A program made the translations under genes and the position numbers. From NCBI GenBank assembly GCA_027923505.1, contig BROI01000015.1, positions 620,001-684,000 on the forward strand: a DNA stretch of 64,000 bases, given 5' to 3'. This document shows, piece after piece, positions 1 to 12,948 of the stretch. The DNA is from Mayamaea pseudoterrestris. Taxonomy: Eukaryota. Below the pieces are notes generated by a model, which saw nothing but the letters and a program-made list of their open reading frames with translations, searched no databases and had not been told where the DNA came from. The number at the start of each line of letters is the position of its first letter. Position 1 is the stretch's first letter.

Positions 1-81
1 ATGTCATTGAAATGTTGAATATAGATATGATGGTATTGCGCAAGCCCGCAGGCCACACAATGCCGCTTGTAGCAGTGCAGC

Positions 82-699
82 TCATACAGTCAGGCTTTTG
101 AGAGCATCCCGCAAACGTTCCGTCTCGTTGGAAGATTCACGCGGCAAAATCTTTGAGCCCAAGACGAAAATTGGCAGTATCGTCGAATCGGCTTGCGTGG
201 GTGGCGAAATGGACCGCAGGCGCTGTCGCTTAATCTGCGGCACCGGATAAGGATCTCCAGTCACAACTCGAGTCTGATGCGGTAGTGACTTGGTATGCCG
301 CGATTGCGTGCCACCATTGGTAACGGATGTATTACAGGATGATGTCTCATCTTGCATCAAAATGTCCACAAAGTGTCCCCATGGTGAAGTCGAGGCCAAA
401 GATTCACAGCAGTTATCAAGTGAGTCAAGTCGTACTCGAGGCGCCGGAGAAACTTCCAAATCTGCCAAGCACGGGGTCGGAGATGCGCGCTTCAGCAAAG
501 CCTTGGACTGCATGGAAGATGTATCCAAGCAGCTGCTGCTACTGCTACTCGACGCTGTCACGTTGTTTGTTTGCATGTCTTCGTCTGACACTTGACGCGG
601 TGTCGCCCGGGAAATGGATTCCATGGCTTCACCAGGCTTACTGAGGAGCATGAGATTTGACTGCCGGCGTTGGCGTCGGACGAGAGAATTCTTCGGCAT
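82..699 (-). CDS. Hypothetical Ser-rich protein (205 aa)
   Basis: ATG-initiated ORF with low complexity and a short SPWGHFVD motif; divergent from the Roco gene. No family recognised. Confidence 0.5.
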   Translation of the reverse strand: MPKNSLVRRQRRQSNLMLLSKPGEAMESISRATPRQVSDEDMQTNNVTASSSSSSSCLDTSSMQSKALLKRASPTPCLADLEVSPAPRVRLDSLDNCCESLASTSPWGHFVDILMQDETSSCNTSVTNGGTQSRHTKSLPHQTRVVTGDPYPVPQIKRQRLRSISPPTQADSTILPIFVLGSKILPRESSNETERLRDALKSLTV

Positions 700-1169
700 G
701 GTATAGTGTTAATGTAACGGAGAGAAGCTGTCGAGGTGAATATGAGAGAAAATTTCTTTTCGCGCAACAATTCTTTGATGGCAAGCTAATCAACACCAAG
801 ATACGTGAGTGTAATCGAGACAAATATTGGGTTTGCCCCTCCGAGGCATCAACACGAACGAAAGTGTCGGCTTTGACACTCATCTTTGAAGGCATCAACA
901 CTCGTGCGCGCCTTGGCATCGGCATCAATGACGATGCACCTCGTTGATGGCGAGGTTCGTCGCGACCGTCAGTCGTGCTTTCCTTGCCGGTCATTGATTG
1001 ATAAAGACTTAGTTATACCCTACGAACTTTATGACGTAGATCCGGAAATATGTCACATAAGGTTCAAGATATTATTCTATCGCACCGGTACTTACAGTTC
1101 CGAGAAACTGCTTGCAACACGCGGCATTATCGAGCCCCTTCTGCTTCCATTGGCCATGAGCATGCTCGC

Positions 1170-4100
1170 ATGAACGACGATACAATAGACAATAAGGCTA
1201 CTCACCAGAATATGAGCTACTCAACTCCTCGTCCCATTCACAATCTGCATCGAGAAATTAGGTCAACGCCGGATGAAGCAGAGCCGACTTACAGCTTTGA
1301 AAGGGAATCCTTTCTCCTTGCGTCACCCGAACTCGAAAAGGAGGATGAGTTTCACCGGAGATTGCAGCATGCTACCCATAAGACAACTGGAGGTGGCGGC
1401 GGCGGAAATGTTAATGCAGCAAACACAGCAATCAATAGCGGCGGTGGAAGTTTTTGGAGAAGCAGCAGCGCCGAGTCGTCGCAACCTTTGTTTACTAGTG
1501 CTGTGCAGCACACACCTACTCGCACTAGCAACAACACTGTTAACATCGAAACAAAAAAGAGTAAGAGTGCTGGACTCTTGTCTGCGGCTCTTTTAGATGG
1601 CAATTTTAAAAATAATAATGATCATGGAAGCATGTCAACGGTGCGTAGAAGAAAGGGGAACAGAAATTTTCTGTTCGCAAGCTTCATTCCTCATTCGATT
1701 ACTTTTTTGTCACCTTTGCAGCCAACTCCGTTCATAGCAAATCAAAGTCCTGAGCAGCATCATACCTATCGTCGGAACGATTCATCGGTTTCGATGAGTA
1801 GCGCTTCGTCCAGGGGCGACAAGAAGGGAGTCACAAAGCAACGACTTTCTGATCGACGAAACAAGCTGGATGCGCTTTCGAATGAATTTGATATGGGACA
1901 TATCATTGACGAAGACTTGGAACACGTCAACCATGAAGGGAATGAGCATGTAATGCAGCTACCGAATTTTGCAGAGATTAGTCCAGTCAGTGTTCCGCTG
2001 GATCGAAGTTCGAGCGATCAATCAACTGGATCGCTCTTTTACGGCAAGACGCCAAACAGTGGCGCAGTTTTGGGCAAGTCATCTTCGTTGATCTTTCCAA
2101 CGGGCGTGGAAAGTTTGCCGAACAATATGTCTAATGTTCCGCAATCGGAAGATAATGCCACAAAGCGGCGTAAAATAAATTTACTTCTTGACCAGTGCGA
2201 GTCGGTTCGATTTCCATTTAAAAAGAAGCTCCTGCTGAATAATCTTGGTCTTGGCCCTGCTGACTTACCTATTACGGATCTGTGCGGCACGTCCTTGGGT
2301 AACTCGCTGTATAAGCTCAGTTTGGCTGGCAATCGATTAGGTGCCATACCAGAAGTTTTGGTGAAATCGTTGCCCTCGCTTCGTCATTTGGACATTTCAC
2401 AATGCGAAATTCACCAGCTACCGGAACGATGGAATCTGCCAAAACTAACGAGGCTCAATCTCAGTCACAATCGATTAACGGACTTTCCCGAGGAGGCCAT
2501 GCTGGAAGGCTTACCGGAGTTAAACGATTTGAATTTGTATGGCAACAAGATTGCCGAAATCATCATACCCGCCAATCCAAAGCTCTTGTCTAAACTCGAA
2601 ATACTTAATCTTGGATACAATGATTTGGCATTCTTACCCGACGACCTGGATCAGATTACTTCTCTGCGCACGCTCAAAGTGATGAACAATTTTCTCGAAA
2701 AGATTTCTTCGCGGGTGTGCGACATGGACATTCGAACAATTGACGTTTCCAGCAACCCCGTCATTCAGCCACCCATTGAAACGTGCGAGCGTGGCATTTG
2801 CAGTATGAAGCGATACTATCACTGCTTGCGTATGGAGGAGCAAACCAAGCTTAAAGCGGTGGAGGAGGTCCAAAAGAAGGTGCAACGGTCACGCAAGAAG
2901 GAATTGCGCCGGCCTAAAAGCTATAGCTTTGGTGGCAACCTAAAAAAGGCGCTCTCGCAGCCTCTAAGTGGACTGACTCCTCGTAGAAACACAGAAGAGT
3001 CACCGAGTAGCTTATTAAAGGATGACTCTGCGCGAGACTCGATACTTGAGCGCGATGAGTCGACGTCAGTGTCAATTGGGCGGTCTGTGTCGAGTGCAAC
3101 TGCATCGAGTGATGCGTCAGAGCTACTTGTAATTAGATCTGAAGATCGACAAGTAAAAGCAGCCGAAACAATACTGGTAGACGATGAAGAGGCAGCTGTT
3201 GTCGCAGGTCATGATATCGTTCATCAGGACAGTTTGGACCTTGTAGCGGAGCCGCCACATGACGAAGTGACGGTTAATGATACGCTTAAGGTCATCTTTG
3301 TTGGAATGGCCATGATGGGAAAAACCAGTATGATTAAGCGTTTGATTGAAGGACGAGACGCTGTGATACCGACTCGCGACGAACGCACTGTGGGGGTTGA
3401 CATTTACGAATGGGACCCCAAAAAGGACCAACGATATACAGACATTGACTCTAGAATTGTTATTCAGGATAAGGATCTTGCCGAGACTTGCGGTGATGTC
3501 GACGTAAAGCTTAGTTGTGAGTATGGCGATTGCGCAGAAATTTTTGTCGTAGTTCTTCCAACCCTTAATCCTGCTCATTCGGCCACCTTTTCCCTTTTCA
3601 GGTTGGGATTTTGCTGGACAGCACGTCTATCACGCGACCCATGAGCTGTTCTTTTCGCCACGAGCATTGTATGTTATCGTGTGGGACCTCGGGGCTACAA
3701 ACAGAGATACGCACAAGCGAGTTAAGGATGCCTCGCATGAAGAAACGGGTGCTTTCAAGCTGACGTACGATTCTTCCGACGACGAATCAAAAGAGAAAGT
3801 TGAGGATCAACTGTACGACGAAGAAGAAAGTCGTCGCGCAGATAGAGCTTTGGAACGAGATATCGACGAGAAGTGTCAGTTTTGGATTGACTGCATTCAA
3901 AGCAGTGCACCTGGCGCTGCCATCCTCCCCGTTGCTTCATTCGCAGACTATTTTAATTCCGACGAAGATTCCGATGTAGAGGCGAAACGTCGCTGTTTAA
4001 TTTTGAAGAGTCGTCTGCTGAAACATGAAAGACGGAGGATACAAGGAATCAAAGAACGGCTAAAAGAGCTCCACGATCGAAATCGCGCCAATGACGTTGC

Positions 4101-6819
4101 GGCGGTACGGCTCCGTAAACTTTTATGCGACTTTACGCGACCAAAGATCATCTTTGGAGATGACGACAATCCAGTCGTTCGGGTCAGCGGCACTAAATAC
4201 ACTGGCTTTCGCGAATTAACAGAGAAAATCATCCATATCAGCACTGGCCAAAACAAGGCTGGGTGGCGATATCCCATTTTTCATGGTCACGTAGGTGCTC
4301 GGATTCCTCGCATGCGACTAGAAGTCCGAGAAGCAGTTAGGACCATGCGAGATCGCTTCAAAGTCGTTGAATGGAACTACTTCGTGAGTCATTTGCGTGA
4401 CCAAGGCCTAGAAAGTGCAGAAGATATAAGCGACGCGCTACATTTCCTGACGAACATTGGTGAGCTTTCATATTTTGGGGGTGTGATGACTGATTCTCAA
4501 TATATTGCCAATCCTTTCGAAGATCGAGCCAAACGCAAGAGTTCGGTCTTTTGTATTAACGAAGAGATGAAGAAGGAGCTTCAGAAAGCCGTTGATGGCA
4601 TCGAGGAAGAAGACGACGACATGGACGACGAACACGCAGTCCTCTCGATGGACGATACACGCATAACGACGCCAACTGAAGAATCCTCGGTGTCAACGTT
4701 TGAAGATGGCCAAGTGAACGGGCTATCACAATTTGTATTCTTGAATCCTCGATGGCTCGTGGCCGCGGTGGCTTGCATTTTACGGCATGATCTTGATCGC
4801 GAGATCAAAGAGACGAGGCGATTAGCGAAACTGCCCCAGAGCGACGTAGTCGTTACACGTCAGGGCAGCAGTTTTTATGATGCGCACTTGAACTGTCCTG
4901 TTATAACCGCCGATGACGCATGTATGCTCTGGCAGGCTAAAGCGATCACAAAGAAGGCTGCTAAGCGAGCGCAGGAATTTTCTAGCAACTTAGCGCTTAC
5001 GCCGTTTGAGTTTCTACAGCTACTACTCATACACTTTGGAGTTTTCGTACCAATCGATCTGAGCATTGAAAAGGCATTTCTAGGCGGCAAAGAGTACACT
5101 CACACCATGGCCGACAGCGATCACTGTGGCGACGCGGCAACGGATGTCATCGGCTGGACGCAGAACGAGAATGCCAAGTTTTTCTTCCTACCAAGTCTTC
5201 TTGGCGCATGTGAGCCTGCCGACGCATGGACTTACAAGAGCACTGATTCTTGGAAAACAACTCTTTGTCATTCCATTCTTTTCCCTGATGGTGTGCCTCC
5301 TGGCTTAATGGAGCGTTTGACAGCGAACGTGTTGAGCTCCATTTACGCAGTAAGCCATCATGACATGACGCAAAACTTATACAACCATACTGCGGAGGCA
5401 GCAACGATATGCAACGCTGGCTCTCATTCGTGTGCCTACGAAGGGGTTTTGAGCGTCAAAGAAGTATTGTGCTGGCGGACGGCATTTTTCTTGAAGCTTG
5501 GGATACGAACCCAAGAACAAGATGGTGGTACAAAGGAGAGCATTGTCGAGATTTTTGTCCACATTGCAGACCGTGATTCTCATCTCTGCGTTGGCTCCGA
5601 CTATATGGGCGTCGGAATGCGGCGGCTAATAGTGAGTGGGCGGGGTCAAGTTGGAGATGGAGGCCGGAAGATTTGGAAGGGCGGATACCTACTGGTCTTG
5701 AAGTGCGTCAACCGTGTGATGGCAACCTATGGCGGCCTGGAATATGAGCGCCAAGGGTTTTGCCCAGATTGCTTGTCGAAGAAGGCTGTTAGTGCAGCGA
5801 GTTCATGGGATTTTACTTCGATACGATCGGCCGTCTTAAGTTCTGAGGCGACTCTGCGGTGCCACCATGGACATCGCGTTGATACGAAGCTCATTGCCGG
5901 ACCTAATCATGAGTCGCTCCAGAAGATAAAGTCGGAACAATTGACTGGGGAACCAGTCACGAGCTTGGACGGTGGGGCACCGGTTCGAAACTTACTTCGC
6001 GCCGTTGTAGTGGTCGGGTTGTGGGACGGAAAGACCCAGAAGGTGGTTCGCGTCGGCTCTGGGTTTGTCGTTGATCGTAAGCGCGGCCTGATCGTCACCG
6101 CGGCACACACGCTTATTAATATTTGGGGTGACAAAAAGTATCCATATGGCGAAGATTACTACGGCCTGCCACAGGGAAAGGTTGTTATCGGTGTCATACC
6201 AGAGGATGCCGAGTTGGACGGTAGAGAGAAAGCTGTTTTTCGTTACTTTGCCAAGATTGTCGCTAAGGATCCTAGTCTAAATAAGGGAGAATGTTACGTC
6301 GACGCATGCGTACTAAGGATTACCACCAAGCTGGAGAATGATATTGGGGGCGACGGCGAAGGTTGCGGCGACCAACCGGAGAAGATTCTGGTTAACAACC
6401 CCCGAGCGTTGAAAGCTGAGAACCTGCAAAGCTTGAAGCTTACCGAGAAGTGTGAGCTCGAGGAGCAAGTGCGAATAATGGGCTACAATCAAGGAGGCGA
6501 AGGACTTCTTGCACCTGGCGAGAGTTTGAATCGATGCTTTGACTTTGGCCGGGGTTATGTTTGCATGAGATTCGCTCAAGGTGCAGCTGCGACTTCATTG
6601 TCAGACGGCGGCAAGCAACGCGAGCGCTTCAAGCCTCGCGAAGAGATTGTCGTAATGTGCCCGACTATCGGCGGTCACAGCGGTGGCGCTTGTGTTAACC
6701 AGCAGGGTGAAGTGATTGGCATCTTGAGTCGAGCTGATCCAGCGGAACGGCAGCGCTGCTACATTTCACCGACGTCTGAATGGAGGGGTTTGGTAAAAGT
6801 GGCAAAGAATACACTCTAG
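1170..6819 (+). CDS. Roco-family protein: LRR + Roc GTPase + COR + Cys/His cluster + C-terminal trypsin-like serine protease
   Basis: LRRs (LxxLxLxxNxL) at ~2230-2770 and P-loop GMAMMGKT followed by RTVGVDI. GT-AG intron 3517-3601 joins ORF 1050..3644 to ORF 3667..6819 and restores G3 (KLSCWDFAGQHVYHATHELFF). COR-like FLNPRWL and VPPGLMERL follow, then protease motifs GSGF..IVTAAH, DACVL, GHSGGA..GEVIGI. Probable in-frame intron 1641-1721; likely ATG 1170. Confidence 0.88.
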
Positions 6820-7585
6820 AGCGGCGACTTCGTCGGCTCGATTAAAGTGCGTTTTTCTGCTCCCAAGAACGGAACTCCTTCGCTAGCATCAATTTTGGGA
6901 AACTACTACCTAATCAGTTCCATGGAACGAGAAGAAATTGTAGAGTTGCAACTTGAATTTAGCTATGTGTAGCTGTGTCGAATCAAAGACCACGTCGACA
7001 CGCCACATGTTACAAGAGTACTGATTGTGTGATAGTGAAACGGCCCTGTCAAGACGGCCAGCAGATGCATGGCAGCTGCCTCCCACCGACTCATCGAACC
7101 GCGCCGGAGCTATATTTTTTAAACACTCGAGAGGAACATTTCCGTTTTCGAAAGTACGTAAACATACCCATCAATCAGATCCCGCAGCTCATGTATTGTA
7201 TGTATAGTGAGCATCAAAAGCGTTTTGTTATTCCAGTCATTTCTTATTGCTGATGGCGTGCTTGGTTCGAGCGATCATGAGGCGCTCCTCATCGTATCAA
7301 CGCCAACTGCTGCTGTCAAGAGTGTGACATCAACATCAACGTTGTAGAGCCGGTCACTGTCAATTATAGGAAGCAGATCTTTCTTACGCGTCCTCTTGCT
7401 ATTCAGATTCTCTCAGCGCTGATTGATGGACCGGAGAGGTACGTTTATCCGAATCTCGCATTGCAGTGGTGCTTGCAGTCGTCTTGTTGCAATTACGAAG
7501 CAACATTACGTTAACACGAACAGAATAAGTTGTCTTTGTTAAACTTGTACTCATTAGATTTCTTATCTTATTGCAGGCATTAATA

Positions 7586-9547
7586 ATGTACGCGGAAAAC
7601 CCATTGTCGCCTTCTCAAGAGTGCGATAGATTCCCTCCGCCATCACCAATGGACCGTATAGCCCATTGCAGCGACAGCAATGAGTCGAAGCCTCCGATTA
7701 GTGTAATTGTTCTTCAAGATACGACACCCTGCTCATTTGGTAGTAGACGCAGCGGAGCATCAAGCGCAGAAGACATAATGGATTTAAATATGCATGGGTT
7801 CGCAAGTGCGCAGAGAAAAATCGATTCTCCTGCAACTTCTACCTCATTCGCTTCCGGTTCGTTTCGATTGCAGCCGAGAAACCCAAAGTGTATTCCTTCG
7901 CCATTGCACGCGACAGAAGAAGCAAGAGGAAAGAAACGGAGGGCGCATTCGCTTTGCGAGGAGTCGGCCTTATCATCGACCTTGAAGAGCAGCGCTAGTG
8001 ATGCCTTTACGGCATTGACTCACACGACTACCAAGGGATCTCCAATGGCTTCACCTGCAGCACCTACTGATCAAGCCATGGCATATTTACAAGGCTTATC
8101 TCTTCAGTCTCCCGTCTCAGGACCAACGTACTTGAGAACGATTCCGGCGTCTGCCGAAAGTCCAGTCTCACGCGTCGGAAGCCAAAGCAATCGGTCGTCT
8201 TTTCTTAGGTACAATGCTGCGTCACCCATGTCTTTCGCCGCGGGAATGAGCCCCGGGAACGCTTCGCTCATGACAAAGTCACCTTCCCTGTCGCCGAGAC
8301 GTGCGCCCTGCACAGTGTTGTTCGGACAGACTGCTCATGGGGCAACGGACGCTGCTCGAGCGAGCACCAGCCCTGAGGCGAGCAAGCGCCCGCCCCTTCA
8401 TCAAAGCGGCATGTCGCACTTGATGCAGTCACTGGATGATACTACTGCGAAAGGAACTTTAACAATGGACATGTTAGCAAAGGAGCCGCCGCTAAGTACG
8501 ATTCATTTCCATGGCGCAGGTCAGCTCCTTACCTCGCCGGGGTCACACGATAGCAGGTTAACTGATTGTGCAATGACCTACATGGGGCATTCATCGAACC
8601 TACATTCGACAACACCTTGCAGCAAACACAGCAGGTCGTTCGAACTGGACTCTCCGTCGCGCCGAAGCGTCATTTTGTCGCCATCCCACCAGACGCCGCT
8701 GCCTAAACTGACGTTGACGCCTCGTAGTGTTGAATCACAACGTCATCGAAGCGCGGAGCTTCCTATATTTCCCATGGATCTGGATACTGACACAACAGTT
8801 CATTCGCAATCTTCGTCCATGCGCGGGCTTGAGACTCCGCCTTCAATATTGCGACAAGAGAGTCCCAGGCGAGGATCATTCTTTCCTTTGCCTGATTGGA
8901 ATGAGCCGACGCACTCCGAGTTACTTTTACAAGATACCTTGTACGAACGCTCCACGAGCACTGACGCCCTTGAAATGTACAATGTTTCGACCGCTGCACC
9001 ACCTCATGGCTCGCGCGACAATGATTCGCTCTCGGCCAGCGACGATGAGGACGACTTCTTTCTCGCTGCGCCGTCGGTTATTCACGAGGAGAAGAGAGCG
9101 TTTTCTCACAAGCAGCGCAAGATTGAGCTTTTTCCTTCCGAAATGCCTCCACGACGATTGTCGTCAGGCCATTCCCTGCGATCTGGACTTGCTTCCAACA
9201 CGAGTCTGCTTGGAATGGACTTTGTCACATCGAGTTCAAACCTCCAGAACATGGATCGCTTGAACTCCAAGGTCTTTTCGCAAGCAAGCTTTGACGAGCT
9301 TTCGAATCATTATCAAAGCCGCGCTGATTGCAACGATCCGGAGCGCGACGACGAGAGTCCAGCAGCGTCCATAGGACTCGCCTTTGACAGCAACCCTACC
9401 GTCGACATGGATCATTACCAAGATGGGCGCCGTGACTTGAGAACTCCACCTGTCAACAGAGCTCAACCGGCGTCTCCCCCACCCCTGCTACACGGCTCAA
9501 ACCATCACGCGTTTGAGTGCGACGATCACCGTCTCTACGTAAATTGA
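7586..9547 (+). CDS. Hypothetical Ser/Pro-rich, probably disordered protein (~650 aa)
   Basis: Long ORF with first ATG at 7586 and many SP/TP sites; no recognisable domain. Confidence 0.7.
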   Translation: MYAENPLSPSQECDRFPPPSPMDRIAHCSDSNESKPPISVIVLQDTTPCSFGSRRSGASSAEDIMDLNMHGFASAQRKIDSPATSTSFASGSFRLQPRNPKCIPSPLHATEEARGKKRRAHSLCEESALSSTLKSSASDAFTALTHTTTKGSPMASPAAPTDQAMAYLQGLSLQSPVSGPTYLRTIPASAESPVSRVGSQSNRSSFLRYNAASPMSFAAGMSPGNASLMTKSPSLSPRRAPCTVLFGQTAHGATDAARASTSPEASKRPPLHQSGMSHLMQSLDDTTAKGTLTMDMLAKEPPLSTIHFHGAGQLLTSPGSHDSRLTDCAMTYMGHSSNLHSTTPCSKHSRSFELDSPSRRSVILSPSHQTPLPKLTLTPRSVESQRHRSAELPIFPMDLDTDTTVHSQSSSMRGLETPPSILRQESPRRGSFFPLPDWNEPTHSELLLQDTLYERSTSTDALEMYNVSTAAPPHGSRDNDSLSASDDEDDFFLAAPSVIHEEKRAFSHKQRKIELFPSEMPPRRLSSGHSLRSGLASNTSLLGMDFVTSSSNLQNMDRLNSKVFSQASFDELSNHYQSRADCNDPERDDESPAASIGLAFDSNPTVDMDHYQDGRRDLRTPPVNRAQPASPPPLLHGSNHHAFECDDHRLYVN

Positions 9548-9766
9548 AAAAAGGCACTACCTTGTGGCCCTTTTACCAAGTGCCGTCGCGAACAAAAACG
9601 CGACCATGATGCATATCAACGCTACCCTGTTTCCCACCCTCCACCCGCTACGCAACTCGCATTTCCTGTAAACTATGTTTTGTATTGTACTGAAGCTGTA
9701 AAGTACCTGTTTGTTTAACTTATTTATCTTGTTTATAAGCTATAGCTATGCCTGACGTCCTTTAGT

Positions 9767-10505
9767 CTATTTAACAAAGGCCAGCAAGTCATCAAACGCT
9801 TGGTCAAGCTTGTTCAGCTTTCCATTCATGGCCGTCAGTCGCTTCTCACTGCGCGTGAGTCCTGCCTTTTGCGTGGCGGCAAGGTCGAGTTCGGTAATAT
9901 CCTGCATAATGACGCGAATCAATCGATCCGTTCCTCGCTGGGTATCCTCCTCGAATGCTTTGTTGTAAGTGTTGAGTGTTGCGCGAAGCTTGGCAAAATC
10001 AAACTCCTTAATGAGAGTCGACTTGAGATTGGCCTCTGGATCTGATTGCAGGGAAGCCTTCATGGATTGGACTTTGGATTGGAAGGATCTGATATCCTTG
10101 ATGGCTTGCTGAACGTCTCCACTCTTGAGAACATCTTGGTCAATGTCGGCACTGGTCGGATCCAAAACGTTTGGCGAGCCTGCACCGAAACCCCCATACT
10201 TGGCTGCAAAGGCAGGTTGCGCCGACATGGCAAAGGTTGCCATGGCGGCAGCAGCCGATTGTGCCAGGAATTGCTGTCGCGACTGCTCAGCGTACAGTGC
10301 TGATGATGAGGCTAAAGTAAGGCAGAAAGAAAAGGCATCGATGAGAATGCAACATTGTTTAAACACGGTCACGTGTCGTCGCTAGAAACCATGATTGCGA
10401 CGAGGCGCGATCCTACTACTTACTCGACGACGTAAAGGTAGGCTGCCGAGGTGCGAAAGCTGACGCCGAGGCGACGAGAAGGGCGAGGTTCATCGAAATC
10501 TTCAT
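9767..10505 (-). CDS. Nuclear-encoded plastid protein, probably thylakoid-lumenal
   Basis: Exon 1 (10505-10424) encodes MKISMNLALLVASASAFAPRQ, an exact ASAFAP motif. Intron 10423-10312. Then SRQQFLAQ, a hydrophobic stretch and AFA, resembling a lumen-targeting signal, followed by a helical mature part. Confidence 0.8.
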
Positions 10506-10985
10506 GGCTGCAGCAGTTTTGTAAAAGTTTCAAGGCGTTCGGGAAGCTCCGTTTATGTTTAATGACTCACAATGTATTTGAGTGAGACGATGAAAGAAGC
10601 AATGGATGTTTCTGACACGCTATAACGATTGCAACTCGCAACGATGATGAGATGGCAATCGAACAAAACACGCGATCCAACCAGCACCTGTCTGTGACGT
10701 CATCGAACACGCATGTGTTGGAAATGGCGCGAATTTTTTTTCATGTCTGACCGGCGTCCGTGCTGCATGACGAGCGCCACATAATCGTTTTGCGCCTCCG
10801 CGTCGCTTTTGTTCTTCCAACATCTCACATTCACAGTCAATTTGCTCTGCACACTTTGCCCAAACGTGTAAAGCAACTGGACAGCTACAGAAGTTAAGAG
10901 TGCAAGAGAAAAGAAGACTAGATCGTCTACCCCCAAGCTGCTTAGTAACGCAAAGAAAACGACTCTCTAAATCTATTTTGTCAAA

Positions 10986-12893
10986 ATGTTTGGAGGCAAC
11001 CGACGAAACAACAAGGATGAGTCGCTGTCCAAGGCCATGCAGCCCGAAAATACACCAAAATCGACGGGAGGGTCGGTCACTGGATTTGACCCGGAAGGTT
11101 TGGAACGAGCAGCCAAGGCTGCTAGAGACTTGGACAACAGCAAAAACGCCAAATCTGCCATAGAGCTCATCAAGACGCAGGAAACGACCAAGCAGCACGA
11201 GTATGCCGCCAAGAGGGCGGAAATGGACGCTTACTCGCAACAAATGAGAGCGCAAAACATTGAACAGGAAGCAAATGAAGCAAGAAAGACTCTGGATGCA
11301 CAGACGCAACATGAAAGAGCTAGAGCCGAATATCAGGATCAGCTTGAGCGAAAGCGACAAGTCGACATGCTCAATGCCCAAAAGTACATGCAAGAGTAAG
11401 TAGTAGTTGATGAAAGAGGCGTATGTTGACTTGTTGGCGATTGGTCGTCTCACAGCAGCTTACAATTTGCATGATTGCCACAGAGAGTCATTGAAAAAGC
11501 AGGAGGAAATGGCGGCTCGACAGGAGGAAATGCGTCGTAAAACGTTAGAGTACGAAGCAAAACTGCGGACACAGACGGAAATTGCAAAGGCCAAGGCAGA
11601 AGCCGAGGGACGAATTGCTCAGGAGCGTCAAAATCACGATCTTATTCTGCAAAAGGTCAAGCTGGAAGCGCAGGAGCGTAGAGATACAGTTTTGAAAGCG
11701 ATTCAGGATGGTGGCAAACTGGTTGGAGAAGGTTTGCAGTCTTATCTGAGCGACACTGAAAAGTTAAGAAACACTGCGCTTACAATTACCGGAATTGCTG
11801 TTGGTGTTTATGCGGCGAGAACTTCCATTGGTATCACTGGTCGCTTCGTCGAGGCTCGACTTGGCAAACCCAGTCTTGTCCGAGAGACGTCGCGATTGTC
11901 CGTAGGCGGATTTCTGACAACTCCATTAGCATCTGCGAAACGATTATTTAATGTCGGAGTACATGAGCAGGACGCCTTAAAGGGTATAGTTTTGGAGGAG
12001 GGACTTGATTCGCAGCTTCGAAAAATAGCAGTCTCGACCGCGCATACGAAGAAAAACCGCGCTCCCTTTCGATCCTTGTTGCTTCATGGTCCCCCTGGTA
12101 CAGGTATGTGTGCAATCATGGCTGAGAACGCGGCAACACTTGATTTTATCGTTCGAGTTGGTTTGTCCTTCCATCGGTGACTAACATCTTTTTTGAAACA
12201 TCAGGCAAAACTATGTTTGCGCGCAACCTTGCCTATCACTCGGGGCTGGACTATGCCATTTTGACGGGTGGGGACATTGCGCCATTGGGCAGAGACGCTG
12301 TAACTGAGCTTCACAAACTGTTTGACTGGGCCAAGACTAGTCGAAGAGGTCTTTTGCTGTTTGTGGACGAGGCAGATGCTTTTCTACAATCTCGCGAAAG
12401 GACTCGCATATCTGAAGACCAACGAAATGCATTGAACGCATTCTTGTTTCGTACGGGTACTGAGAGTGACCAGTTTATGATGGTGTACGCGAGTAACCAG
12501 CCGGCGCAATTCGACGACGCTGTGCTGGATCGAATCGACGAGATGGTGCCATTTAATCAACCTGGTACGGAAGAGCGGAAAAAGATGATTGCCATGTACA
12601 TTGACAAGTATTTACTTAATCCTCCGAGTCGATGGGCCCGCAAGGTTGAGACTGTGGACATTGGCGATGCTGAGATTGACCGGGTGGTTGCCGAAACTGA
12701 AGGATTTTCGGGTCGTGCCATTTCCAAGCTAGCAATTGCGTGGCAAGCGGCAGCATACGGTACTGACGGTGCGATATTAGATCGTGACACGTTCTTTAAG
12801 ACGGTTGAACATCACAAGCGAAGCATGTCGATCAAGGACGAATGGATGAAGCATGCGGAGGAGAGAGCTCACATGCTGACACTAGACCGTTAG
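10986..12893 (+). CDS. ATAD3: ATPase family AAA domain-containing protein 3
   Basis: N-terminal GFDPEGLERAAKAA, coiled coil and EARLGKPSLVRETSR. Walker A GPPGT/GKT is split by intron 12104-12204; Walker B LLFVDEADAF; a further intron at 11396-11483. Confidence 0.95.
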
Positions 12894-12948
12894 TATAGAA
12901 GACGGACGTAGCATTAGAGTTATAAAACAACGTTATCGTATAGCTTTG

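Noticed and set aside
10620..11453. 277-aa minus-strand ORF and similar long antisense ORFs (e.g. 47794..48600, 31607..32146)
   Set aside because: They are shadows of well-supported genes on the opposite strand and have no motifs of their own.
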